Shown here in pieces: positions 1 through 7,833 of a stretch of 21,933 nt of DNA; positions within the stretch are counted from its first letter, which is position 1; the number at the start of each line of letters is the position of its first letter. The stretch lies in IMG/VR virus record IMGVR_UViG_3300046534_001355; one strand, given 5' to 3'. Position numbers and translations under genes: made by a program. Source of the DNA: a virus (taxonomy: Duplodnaviria > Heunggongvirae > Uroviricota > Caudoviricetes). The notes under the pieces were generated by a model. That model worked only from the letters and a program-made list of their open reading frames with translations, ran no database searches and was not told the DNA's origin.

Positions 1-54
1 ATTCTATCGATGTGGTCAATGGAAGACGGTTACCAGAGATAGGGCTTATGCATA

Positions 55-81
55 AAAAAATAAGCCCGTGTAAGGGATATT
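55..81. other. attL: attL core (P2 attP-like 27-bp core, one mismatch to my recollection of it)
   Basis: Sequence AAAAAATAAGCCCGTGTAAGGGATATT about 80 bp beyond the int 3' end, matching the P2 core AAAAAATAAGCCCGTGTAAGGGAGATT as I recall it; exact boundaries uncertain. Confidence 0.5.
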
Positions 82-160
82 TAGGGTGTCACCAGTAGGG
101 GCTTTCAACGGTACAATGCGGGTTTGAGCGGCATAAATTACCACTGAAAGCCCTTAAACG

Positions 161-1174
161 TTACTCTACTGTGGACACTGTGTGGACACTCTCGGCCTCA
201 GTACCACCTCTTAGCGGATTAAGAGAAATGGCGTCCTGAAGGTACTCTGGCGCAAAATGAGCGTAAACCATAGTTTGCTCAATCCGCGTGTGACCTAGTA
301 TCCGTTGTAGCGTGATAATACTTCCTCCATTAATCATGAAATGAGTGGCAAAGCTGTGCCTTAGTGCATGTGTGGCTTGCCCCGTTGGCAAATCCGGTTT
401 TATTGCTTTCATTGTTCGTCTGAAGCGAGGGTAATCAGCATCAGGGAATAAAAAACCTCGTTTGTTATCCGCGATCATTTTGGCAACAGCCTCTGAGATC
501 GGGACGGTGCGTGGTTTGTTTGTTTTCGTTTTAACAAACGTGACGCGGTTATGGATGATATTTTCTGCTTTCAAACGAGCTGCTTCTCCCCAACGTGCTC
601 CTGTACTCAGGCAAAGAATCGCAATCTTTTTATTGTCGCCGTCAAGTGCTGCAAGCAGTAAGGCAATTTCTTCCTGTGTGAGATAGCCTGTTTCTGGTTT
701 TTCCTCCTTAAGCCTCTTTGTCCCTCTGATAGGGTGCTCACCAAAGAATAACTCCGCTTCAATCAGGGCTGTAAACATGCCGCTAATACATGTTAAATCA
801 CGATTGATACTCGAAGGTTTAATACCCTGACTTCTTCGGGTGGCGCAGTACTGGCTGATAAGGGATTTCGTGATTTGAAATGCGCATGGGTCATTCGTTA
901 TTTTTGTGAAGATTTCAATTTTTCCAAGATTAGATTTCCCATGCTCTTCGTGTTTACCCTTTAAATCCCACCAGATCTGTGTCAGTTCCGACAGACGTCG
1001 TTTGTCTGTTGGTTTTGATAGCCATTCTTTATTGTGGTGGTTGTACAACGTGTATTTTTCGAAAGCGACAGCTTCGCTTTTCTTATCAAACTTCCTACGG
1101 ATGCGTTTTCCATTACGTCCAGTAGGGCGGATGTCCACTTCATATCGACCATCATCGAGTTTTTTGATTGCCAT
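161..1174 (-). CDS. int: Tyrosine integrase, P2 Int-like (337 aa)
   Basis: 337-aa ORF starting MAIKKLDDGRYEVDIRPTGRNGKR and ending with the recombinase region ...HALRHSFATHF...LGHTRIEQTMVYAHF (R-H-R-Y type catalytic motifs); position next to att core and C repressor. Confidence 0.93.
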   Translation of the reverse strand: MAIKKLDDGRYEVDIRPTGRNGKRIRRKFDKKSEAVAFEKYTLYNHHNKEWLSKPTDKRRLSELTQIWWDLKGKHEEHGKSNLGKIEIFTKITNDPCAFQITKSLISQYCATRRSQGIKPSSINRDLTCISGMFTALIEAELFFGEHPIRGTKRLKEEKPETGYLTQEEIALLLAALDGDNKKIAILCLSTGARWGEAARLKAENIIHNRVTFVKTKTNKPRTVPISEAVAKMIADNKRGFLFPDADYPRFRRTMKAIKPDLPTGQATHALRHSFATHFMINGGSIITLQRILGHTRIEQTMVYAHFAPEYLQDAISLNPLRGGTEAESVHTVSTVE

Positions 1175-1289
1175 CAGAAAACCCTCCGAGTGGTACTTTT
1201 TTTTGCTACTACTAATCGCTTTTTTCGTGGTGGCTGAAATTTAGCCACCAATAGTAGGCACTTGTGATGAATATATTCACGATAAATTG

Positions 1290-1589
1290 TTAACCAGTCT
1301 TTTGACCGGAGTGGGGCGACGTTGTTTCGTTTTGCCCAAAGTGTGCGAGAGCGGGCGCAATTTGCCCGGCTTCTGGAGCTACCTGATCAGTCATGAACCA
1401 CAAAGTATATTTAGTAAATCTAGGATGTTGTAAGACCTTCATTATGGCTTCAACTCCAGCGTTTTTTGACCGGCTCTCATAGCTCGAAAGTGAGCTGTAG
1501 GCTACACCAGTTAATTCACTGAATTCTTTACGGTTTAACCTTTCAGATTCACGGATTAGCTTCAACTTCTCCGAAACGTCTATTGACAT
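1290..1589 (-). CDS. C: Immunity repressor C (99 aa, HTH)
   Basis: Start taken at the internal ATG (1589) giving 99 aa, with GGAG 7 nt upstream; the 123-aa track ORF starts earlier. Small HTH-like protein divergent from cox, as in the P2 lysogeny switch. Confidence 0.75.
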   Translation of the reverse strand: MSIDVSEKLKLIRESERLNRKEFSELTGVAYSSLSSYESRSKNAGVEAIMKVLQHPRFTKYTLWFMTDQVAPEAGQIAPALAHFGQNETTSPHSGQKTG

Positions 1590-1710
1590 AATTACTCCGA
1601 TTGCGTAATTTCTTGCTGATAGTGTGAAATGTTGTGCTTCTGGAGTTATCCTTTTAGGCAATAATTAGCCATTAGGAGCCATTAGAAGCACTAAGGGAGA
1701 ATCGTAGCAG

Positions 1711-1986
1711 ATGAATAGACAGCTTGTAAGCGTGACTGATGCCGTGCCTTATCAGGAGTTTGCAAAACTCATTGGTAAAACTCCAAGAGCTGTAAGGGGC
1801 ATGATTGAGAAAGGGAAATTACCAGTTATTGAGATTACTGACCCTCAGTCAGTATCGGGGCGTGCTGGTGAATATTGGGTATACCTTCCGGCATGGAATA
1901 ACGGACTAAAACTGGCTTATGAAAGCCGTCCTAAAGAGATTCGTGACGGCTGGTTGATGTGGTTAGGTCTCGGTGAACCACGTTAA
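1711..1986 (+). CDS. cox: Cox excisionase / Pc repressor (91 aa)
   Basis: 91-aa ORF divergent from C, same length and position as P2 Cox; RBS AAGGGAGA upstream of ATG. Confidence 0.85.
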   Translation: MNRQLVSVTDAVPYQEFAKLIGKTPRAVRGMIEKGKLPVIEITDPQSVSGRAGEYWVYLPAWNNGLKLAYESRPKEIRDGWLMWLGLGEPR

Positions 1987-1996
1987 GGAGAACCGT

Positions 1997-2167
1997 ATGA
2001 ATGAGCCTCGTTGTATTGCTCAGTTATTGCGTAACGAAAGCCCTAGGGCGATTGACTTCACCATCACCCACGGTAAGGGGCGTAAGGGAATCATTATCCG
2101 CACCAAAAAACAGAGTCCGTTAAAAAAGGCTCTGACCTTTCTGAAAAGCCGGAGGGTCTGGAAATGA
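1997..2167 (+). CDS. Small early-operon protein (P2 orf78 position)
   Basis: ATG at 1997 preceded by AAGGAG at 6-nt spacing; stop overlaps the B start (ATGA). Product unknown. Confidence 0.45.
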   Translation: MNEPRCIAQLLRNESPRAIDFTITHGKGRKGIIIRTKKQSPLKKALTFLKSRRVWK

Positions 2168-2664
2168 CAGTGATGACGCTCAATCTCGTTGAAAAACAGC
2201 CAGCAGCTATGCGCCGGATAATTGGTAAGCATCTGGCCGTCCCTCGCTGGCAGGAGACATGCGATTATTATAATCAGATGATGGAACGCGAACGGCTAAC
2301 GGTTTGCTTCCATGCGCAGTTAAAACAGCGTCACGCAACGATGCGTTTTGAAGAAATGAACGACGTCGAACGTGAACGGCTGGTTTGTGCAATTGATGAA
2401 TTGCGTGGGGCATTCTCAAAACGCCGTCAGGTTGGCGCAAGTGAGTATGCATATATTAGTTTTTTAACAGTCAGTCAGCGTCGTACTTTATTTATGCATG
2501 CCGGATTGACTGAAAAAGAATTCAACCAGCCATACTGGCGAATTAATGAAGAATCATGTTACTGGCGTGATGCTTTATTCCGTGCATTACGTGAATTATT
2601 CAGCCTGTTTGAGTATGCACCGACAATTCTGACGTCGGTAAAACCAGAGCAATATCTGCATTAA
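2164..2664 (+). CDS. B: Replication protein B (166 aa, helicase-loader-like)
   Basis: 166-aa ORF in the P2 B position with identical length; translationally coupled to the upstream ORF. Confidence 0.8.
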   Translation: MTVMTLNLVEKQPAAMRRIIGKHLAVPRWQETCDYYNQMMERERLTVCFHAQLKQRHATMRFEEMNDVERERLVCAIDELRGAFSKRRQVGASEYAYISFLTVSQRRTLFMHAGLTEKEFNQPYWRINEESCYWRDALFRALRELFSLFEYAPTILTSVKPEQYLH

Positions 2665-2727
2665 ATAATTAACCAGAGTTTTTAATGCACTTAATCGTGC
2701 GGGGCTTCTTTTTGCCTGGAGAAAGTC

Positions 2728-2952
2728 ATGCATACAGTTTCTGAAAACAAGTGCGGTAAATACGCATTACTGCTGCAACAGGCCAGAGCCGAAGCACATG
2801 CCGACGCAGCGACACGCTTTTCTTCTCATCTTGACGCCATGATTCGCCATATCACAAAGGCGGAGTTATCCCGCGTGGAGATAGTCGAGCTGCTCAGTCA
2901 GGAGTCGGAAAAATTTCACAATATCGGATTGTCTCGCGGGGAGGTGCTTTGA
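2728..2952 (+). CDS. Hypothetical early-operon protein (P2 orf80 region)
   Basis: 74-aa ORF, co-directional and tightly packed between B and A. Confidence 0.5.
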   Translation: MHTVSENKCGKYALLLQQARAEAHADAATRFSSHLDAMIRHITKAELSRVEIVELLSQESEKFHNIGLSRGEVL

Positions 2953-3251
2953 TGTCCTGTTCTCATTCAGTTGTATTACTGAATAACGCCTTAAAAATCG
3001 CCGTTATGAAAAATGGCGATTTGTCTCTTATTCAACTTTGCCTTGATAAAGAAAAACGCGACATAACTGAATCTGTTATCGCGATTTATCAGAATGAATT
3101 AAACCTCCTGTCTGATGTGGTCAATTTACTTGTTAAACGCGCTGTATTCCACAAGCAAATTTCCTCAGTGGATGAACTGACAAAATTAACGACAGAACTT
3201 GCCAGTTATTGCGCTGATGTATCCAGGAAACTTAACGATAAAAGGAGCTGA
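2949..3251 (+). CDS. Hypothetical early-operon protein (P2 orf81 region)
   Basis: 100-aa ORF whose start overlaps the previous stop (ATGA). Confidence 0.5.
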   Translation: MMSCSHSVVLLNNALKIAVMKNGDLSLIQLCLDKEKRDITESVIAIYQNELNLLSDVVNLLVKRAVFHKQISSVDELTKLTTELASYCADVSRKLNDKRS

Positions 3252-3253
3252 TA

Positions 3254-3478
3254 ATGCCGGACAACGTAGATTTTATTCAGGAACAACAGGCTGAATTACT
3301 GGAGCGCCAGATTAACGCGGCAAGGGTAAAACATTGCGGTGCTTCTGCGCTGGTTTGCGAAGAGTGTAACGCGCCAATACCTGCTGCCCGTCGTGCGGCT
3401 TACCCGTCAGCCACGCGTTGTGTTTCCTGTCAGTCAGTCTTTGAAGCAAAAAACAAACATTACCGGAGAACGGCATGA
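3254..3478 (+). CDS. TraR/DksA-type C4 zinc-finger protein
   Basis: 74 aa with CEEC-N17-CVSC (four Cys) near the C-terminus, typical of the phage TraR/DksA family; RBS AAAGGAG upstream. Confidence 0.65.
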   Translation: MPDNVDFIQEQQAELLERQINAARVKHCGASALVCEECNAPIPAARRAAYPSATRCVSCQSVFEAKNKHYRRTA

Positions 3479-3750
3479 GTATTCGTATTGAAATTGGCGA
3501 ACGTTATGTCGTTACCAGTGACAGCTTTCAGTTTATTCTCCACGAGAAAAAGAGAGCGGAAAGCGGTAAAAACGCCGGTCAGGAATGGCTGGCGGTGGTT
3601 GGTTATTACCCGAAATTAAGCCAGCTCGTTTCCGGCCTGATGCATCACGATATTCTTACCGGAAGCGCAAAGTCTTTTGCTGATTTAAACGCGCAGGTTG
3701 AGCAACTCAGCAAGCGTTGTTCAGAGGCTTTTGGCTCATATGGCCGTTAA
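3475..3750 (+). CDS. Hypothetical early-operon protein (P2 orf83 region)
   Basis: 91-aa ORF overlapping the start of A. Confidence 0.5.
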   Translation: MSIRIEIGERYVVTSDSFQFILHEKKRAESGKNAGQEWLAVVGYYPKLSQLVSGLMHHDILTGSAKSFADLNAQVEQLSKRCSEAFGSYGR

Positions 3751-6022
3751 AGCCTCCGGGCGTTTTGTCCCTCCGTCAGCATTTGCCGCAGGCACCGGTA
3801 AGACGTTTACCGGTGCTTATGCATGGAACGCGCCACGCGAGGCCGTCGGGCGCGAAAGACCCCTTACACGTGACGAGATGCGTCAGGTGCAAGGTGTTTT
3901 ATCCACGATTAACCGCCTGCCTTACTTTTTGCGCTCGCTGTTTACTTCACACTATGACTACATCCGGCGCAATAAAAGCCCGGTGCACGGGTTTTATTTC
4001 CTCACATCCACTTTTCAGCGTCGTTTATGGCCGCGCATTGAGCGTGTGAATCAGCGCCATGAAATGAACACCGACGCGTCGTTGCTGTTTCTGGCAGAGC
4101 GTGACCACTATGCGCGCCTGCCGGGAATGAATGACAAGGAGCTGAAAAAGTTTGCCGCCCGTATCTCATCGCAGCTTTTCATGATGTATGAGGAACTCAG
4201 CGATGCCTGGGTGGATGCACATGGCGAAAAAGAATCGCTGTTTACGGATGAGGCGCAGGCTCACCTCTATGGTCATGTTGCTGGCGCTGCACGTGCTTTC
4301 AATATTTCCCCGCTTTACTGGAAAAAATACCGTAAAGGACAGATGACCACGAGGCAGGCATATTCTGCCATTGCCCGTCTGTTTAACGATGAGTGGTGGA
4401 CTCATCAGCTCAAAGGCCAGCGTATGCGCTGGCATGAGGCGTTACTGATTGCTGTCGGGGAGGTCAATAAAGACCGTTCTCCTTATGCCAGTAAACATGC
4501 CATTCGTGATGTGCGTGCACGCCGCCAGGCAAATCTGGAATTTCTTAAATCGTGTGATCTCGAAAACAGGGAAACCGGCGAGCGCATCGACCTTATCAGT
4601 AAGGTGATGGGCAGTATTTCTAATCCTGAAATTCGCCGGATGGAGCTGATGAACACCATTGCCGGTATTGAGCGTTACGCCGCAGCAGAGGGTGATGTGG
4701 GGATGTTTATCACGCTGACCGCGCCGTCAAAGTATCACCCGACACGTCAGGTTGGAAAAGGCGAAAGTAAAACCGTCCAGCTAAATCACGGCTGGAACGA
4801 TGAGGCATTTAATCCAAAGGATGCGCAGCGTTATCTCTGCCGTATCTGGAGCCTGATGCGCACGGCATTCAAGGATAATGATTTACAGGTCTACGGTTTG
4901 CGTGTCGTCGAGCCACATCACGACGGAACGCCGCACTGGCATATGATGCTTTTTTGTAATCCGCGCCAGCGTAACCAGATTATCGAAATCATGCGTCGCT
5001 ATGCGCTCAAAGAGGATGGCGACGAAAGAGGAGCCGCGCGAAACCGTTTTCAGGCAAAACACCTTAATCGGGGCGGTGCTGCGGGGTATATCGCGAAATA
5101 CATCTCAAAAAACATCGACGGCTATGCACTGGATGGTCAGCTCGATAACGATACCGGCAGACCTCTGAAAGATACTGCCGCGGCTGTTACTGCATGGGCG
5201 TCAACGTGGCGCATCCCGCAATTTAAAACGGTTGGTCTGCCGACAATGGGGGCTTACCGTGAACTACGCAAATTGCCTCGCGGCGTCAGCATTGCTGATG
5301 AGTTTGACGAACGCGTCGAGGCTGCACGCGCTGCCGCAGACAGTGGCGATTTTGCGTTGTATATCAGTGCGCAGGGTGGGGCAAATGTTCCGCGCGATTG
5401 CCAGACTGTCAGAGTCGCCCGTAGCCCGTCGGATGAAGTTAACGAGTACGAGGAAGAAGTCGAGAGAGTGGTCGGCATTTACGCGCCGCATCTCGGCGCG
5501 CGTCATATTCATATCACCAGAACGACGGACTGGCGCATTGTGCCGAAAGTTCCGGTCGTGGAGCCTTTGACTTTAAAAAGCGGCATCGCCGCGCCTCGGA
5601 GTCCTGTCAATAACTGTGGAAAGCTCACCGGTGGTGATACTTCGTTATCGGCTCCCACACCGACTGAGCATGCTGCAGCGGTGTTAAATTTTATAGATGA
5701 AGGGATTCTAAGTTGGACCGAGCCAGGCATTATGAAGGTACTTAGAGACTTATTGAGTAATGAACTGAAATGCAGTAATCGTTCACAGCAGAGCTTTACT
5801 CCTTTCAATGGTCGAAGCTACTTTCCTGCCCCATCCGCCCGGTTGACAAGGCAGGAGAGAAAGACTATCCCGAAAATTAAGGTTCTTCTTGCACAAAGTG
5901 ACATTCAGGCTAGTTATTGGGAGCTTGAAGCTCTCGCTCGCGGAGCTGTTTTGGATTTTGGGCATAAGCGTTTTAAATTTGATACCGATATCGACTTTTT
6001 TGACAGACAGCGTGAGTGGTAG
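3740..6022 (+). CDS. A: Replication initiation protein A (rolling-circle nickase), divergent AT-rich 3' end
   Basis: Start taken at MAVKASGRF (ATG 3740), not the track start 3698. HUH-like motif PHWHMMLF and two-tyrosine motif GYIAKYISK seen. The last ~110 codons (from about 5690) are clearly more AT-rich than the rest. Confidence 0.88.
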   Translation: MAVKASGRFVPPSAFAAGTGKTFTGAYAWNAPREAVGRERPLTRDEMRQVQGVLSTINRLPYFLRSLFTSHYDYIRRNKSPVHGFYFLTSTFQRRLWPRIERVNQRHEMNTDASLLFLAERDHYARLPGMNDKELKKFAARISSQLFMMYEELSDAWVDAHGEKESLFTDEAQAHLYGHVAGAARAFNISPLYWKKYRKGQMTTRQAYSAIARLFNDEWWTHQLKGQRMRWHEALLIAVGEVNKDRSPYASKHAIRDVRARRQANLEFLKSCDLENRETGERIDLISKVMGSISNPEIRRMELMNTIAGIERYAAAEGDVGMFITLTAPSKYHPTRQVGKGESKTVQLNHGWNDEAFNPKDAQRYLCRIWSLMRTAFKDNDLQVYGLRVVEPHHDGTPHWHMMLFCNPRQRNQIIEIMRRYALKEDGDERGAARNRFQAKHLNRGGAAGYIAKYISKNIDGYALDGQLDNDTGRPLKDTAAAVTAWASTWRIPQFKTVGLPTMGAYRELRKLPRGVSIADEFDERVEAARAAADSGDFALYISAQGGANVPRDCQTVRVARSPSDEVNEYEEEVERVVGIYAPHLGARHIHITRTTDWRIVPKVPVVEPLTLKSGIAAPRSPVNNCGKLTGGDTSLSAPTPTEHAAAVLNFIDEGILSWTEPGIMKVLRDLLSNELKCSNRSQQSFTPFNGRSYFPAPSARLTRQERKTIPKIKVLLAQSDIQASYWELEALARGAVLDFGHKRFKFDTDIDFFDRQREW

Positions 6023-6110
6023 TTGAAAAAACGGTTGAACGGGGTAACAATATGTTATTGTTGAGGAATTGTTTGTTATGGTTTAATTTTTATACACGGC
6101 AGAAAAGCAT

Positions 6111-7334
6111 ATGAGCATGGTTGAATGGATAAGCCACGAGAAAAAAGATAGCCTGATACTATTTGTACATGGATTAAATGGTGGTTTGGAAACATGGAAC
6201 TTTAATAAAGAAATTTCATTTCCAAAACTATTAGCAGAAGATGAAGATATTAGCAACGTATTTGATATTGCATGTTTCAATTATTTTACTAAATTCACAC
6301 AAACGTATGCTAAAACGTCAGGATTCTTGGCTCGTATTTTCTTTAAGAAAAATAAGTTAGAGAGAAATTTACCAACTGATGAAATAGCTGAGTTATTGTA
6401 TACTGAGATTAGAGTAACACTAAGTGATTACTCTCGAATTATAATAATCGCCCATAGTATGGGGGGGTTAATATCAAAAAATCTAATTCTAAAAAAAGTT
6501 GAGCATGAGGAACAATCTAATATAATTGGATTCATTTCGTTAGCAGTCCCTCACTTTGGTGCTAAATTAGCGAATATAACTTCAATGGTATCTTCAAATG
6601 CTCAGTTAGTAGATCTTGGATTGTTAAGTGAAGCGACTGATACATTGAATAGGCGCTGGATAAATTGTAGCAAAAAACTTCCTATCACTAGATATGTTTA
6701 TGGATCTCATGACACTATAGTCGATAAAAAAAGCGCATTACCGATGGATAGTGAACGACATAACTCAATTGCAGTTAATGAAGGGCATAGCTCAATTTGC
6801 AAGCCCGAAAATAGCTCGTCTACAGTGTTTGTTGCGGTAAAGCAATTTATTCAGCAGATAAATTTAGAAGCACCCAAGAAGATTTGCGTTGAGCGTTTTT
6901 CTGATGATAAACAATATGATAATGAGTATTTCGTCTTAAAAATGATTGTCGCAGATATACATCAGGATATCGCTCTGCATGCAAAGGAATATTATTATAA
7001 TGCTGAGCTTGCGAGAAATATTTTTACGAGTGATTACGATAGAAAACAACTTGGTCATTTGTATTCTAAAATAAGGGAGATTTACCAGGAAGAGTATGAG
7101 CAATACATTGCAAATTCAATTTCCCCAGATAAATTTATTGCTGCTGTTCATAGACGAATAACCCAGGAGGATAAGTCGTCGTTAGATTCTCTTATAAAAA
7201 GTTTGGAAACGATACATAAGAAAGGAATGTTGCATCAACTGGCTAACAAAAATGACAGGGATATTGTCTGGTCATCTGAAACCAGCGTAGAAACTTTGGA
7301 GCAATTACGGCGAGGTAATCATGAAGAAAAATAA
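6111..7334 (+). CDS. Lipase-like alpha/beta hydrolase fused to a C-terminal helical domain; candidate defence effector (LmuA-like position)
   Basis: FVHGLNGG oxyanion-hole-like motif; nucleophile elbow AHSMGG (Ser116, nt 6456-6458), identical to the Bacillus lipase A pentapeptide; later GSHDTIVD and EGHSSI supply candidate Asp/His. AT-rich; first gene of a 3-gene overlapping operon. Confidence 0.7.
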   Translation: MSMVEWISHEKKDSLILFVHGLNGGLETWNFNKEISFPKLLAEDEDISNVFDIACFNYFTKFTQTYAKTSGFLARIFFKKNKLERNLPTDEIAELLYTEIRVTLSDYSRIIIIAHSMGGLISKNLILKKVEHEEQSNIIGFISLAVPHFGAKLANITSMVSSNAQLVDLGLLSEATDTLNRRWINCSKKLPITRYVYGSHDTIVDKKSALPMDSERHNSIAVNEGHSSICKPENSSSTVFVAVKQFIQQINLEAPKKICVERFSDDKQYDNEYFVLKMIVADIHQDIALHAKEYYYNAELARNIFTSDYDRKQLGHLYSKIREIYQEEYEQYIANSISPDKFIAAVHRRITQEDKSSLDSLIKSLETIHKKGMLHQLANKNDRDIVWSSETSVETLEQLRRGNHEEK

Positions 7335-7833
7335 CTTGCCGTATATACCTCTTGATGAAGAGTATAGTTTGAATTTTGCTATGCTTGCCATTGCTATATC
7401 TATATTATCTCATAGCAAAAAAGGAGTGTTGTCATTAGATATTAATAAAATACAAATTTTTATGTATCTGATAAAAAATCCATCAAAAATTGATTGTGCT
7501 CTTACAGTTTCGGGGAAAAAGCCTGCTTGTGTCGAGTCCCAGTTAACTTATACAATAAAGAGTTTTTCATCAAATGTAGATATCTTATTCGACAATTCCA
7601 AAGTGAAATATCTTATAAAAATTATGTCATTGCGGGGATTGCTCTCAGCTGAGAAAAAAAATAATGAGAGTGTTAAATTATTTTTATCTGAAAAAGGTAA
7701 GGAATTTGCTAGCTCATTGACTGATGGATATTTTAAAGAAATAAAACGACTAGCCGAAGCATTGTTACCGCTACAAGCATTGCCTACCTCTAAGTTAAAC
7801 TCTGTTATAAACAAAGTCTTCAAGGAGAAATGA
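7321..7833 (+). CDS. Small middle-gene protein of the operon (LmuC-like position)
   Basis: 170-aa ORF overlapping the upstream stop by 14 nt and the downstream start by 4 nt (ATGA), implying translational coupling; no recognisable motifs. Confidence 0.55.
   Translation: MKKNNLPYIPLDEEYSLNFAMLAIAISILSHSKKGVLSLDINKIQIFMYLIKNPSKIDCALTVSGKKPACVESQLTYTIKSFSSNVDILFDNSKVKYLIKIMSLRGLLSAEKKNNESVKLFLSEKGKEFASSLTDGYFKEIKRLAEALLPLQALPTSKLNSVINKVFKEK

Noticed and set aside
1-54. Possible tRNA gene at the integration site
   Set aside because: No cloverleaf-compatible sequence or conserved T-loop motif is evident in the 54-bp flank, and P2 is not known to target tRNA genes.
462-1244. Plus-strand ORFs (74, 112, 67 aa) overlapping the integrase gene
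   Set aside because: Entirely antisense to or embedded in the well-supported int CDS; no RBS or recognisable motifs; typical spurious ORFs of coding DNA.
3698-3739. Upstream extension of gene A (track start 3698, MSNSASVVQRLLAH...)
   Set aside because: The P2 A N-terminus corresponds to MAVKASGRF at 3740; the extension would fully overlap the preceding ORF's C-terminus. The later ATG was preferred.
3717-5965. Several alternate-frame or antisense ORFs inside gene A (for example 3717-4049, 5232-5570, 5509-5808)
   Set aside because: Embedded in the A coding sequence, which has clear rolling-circle motifs; no independent support.
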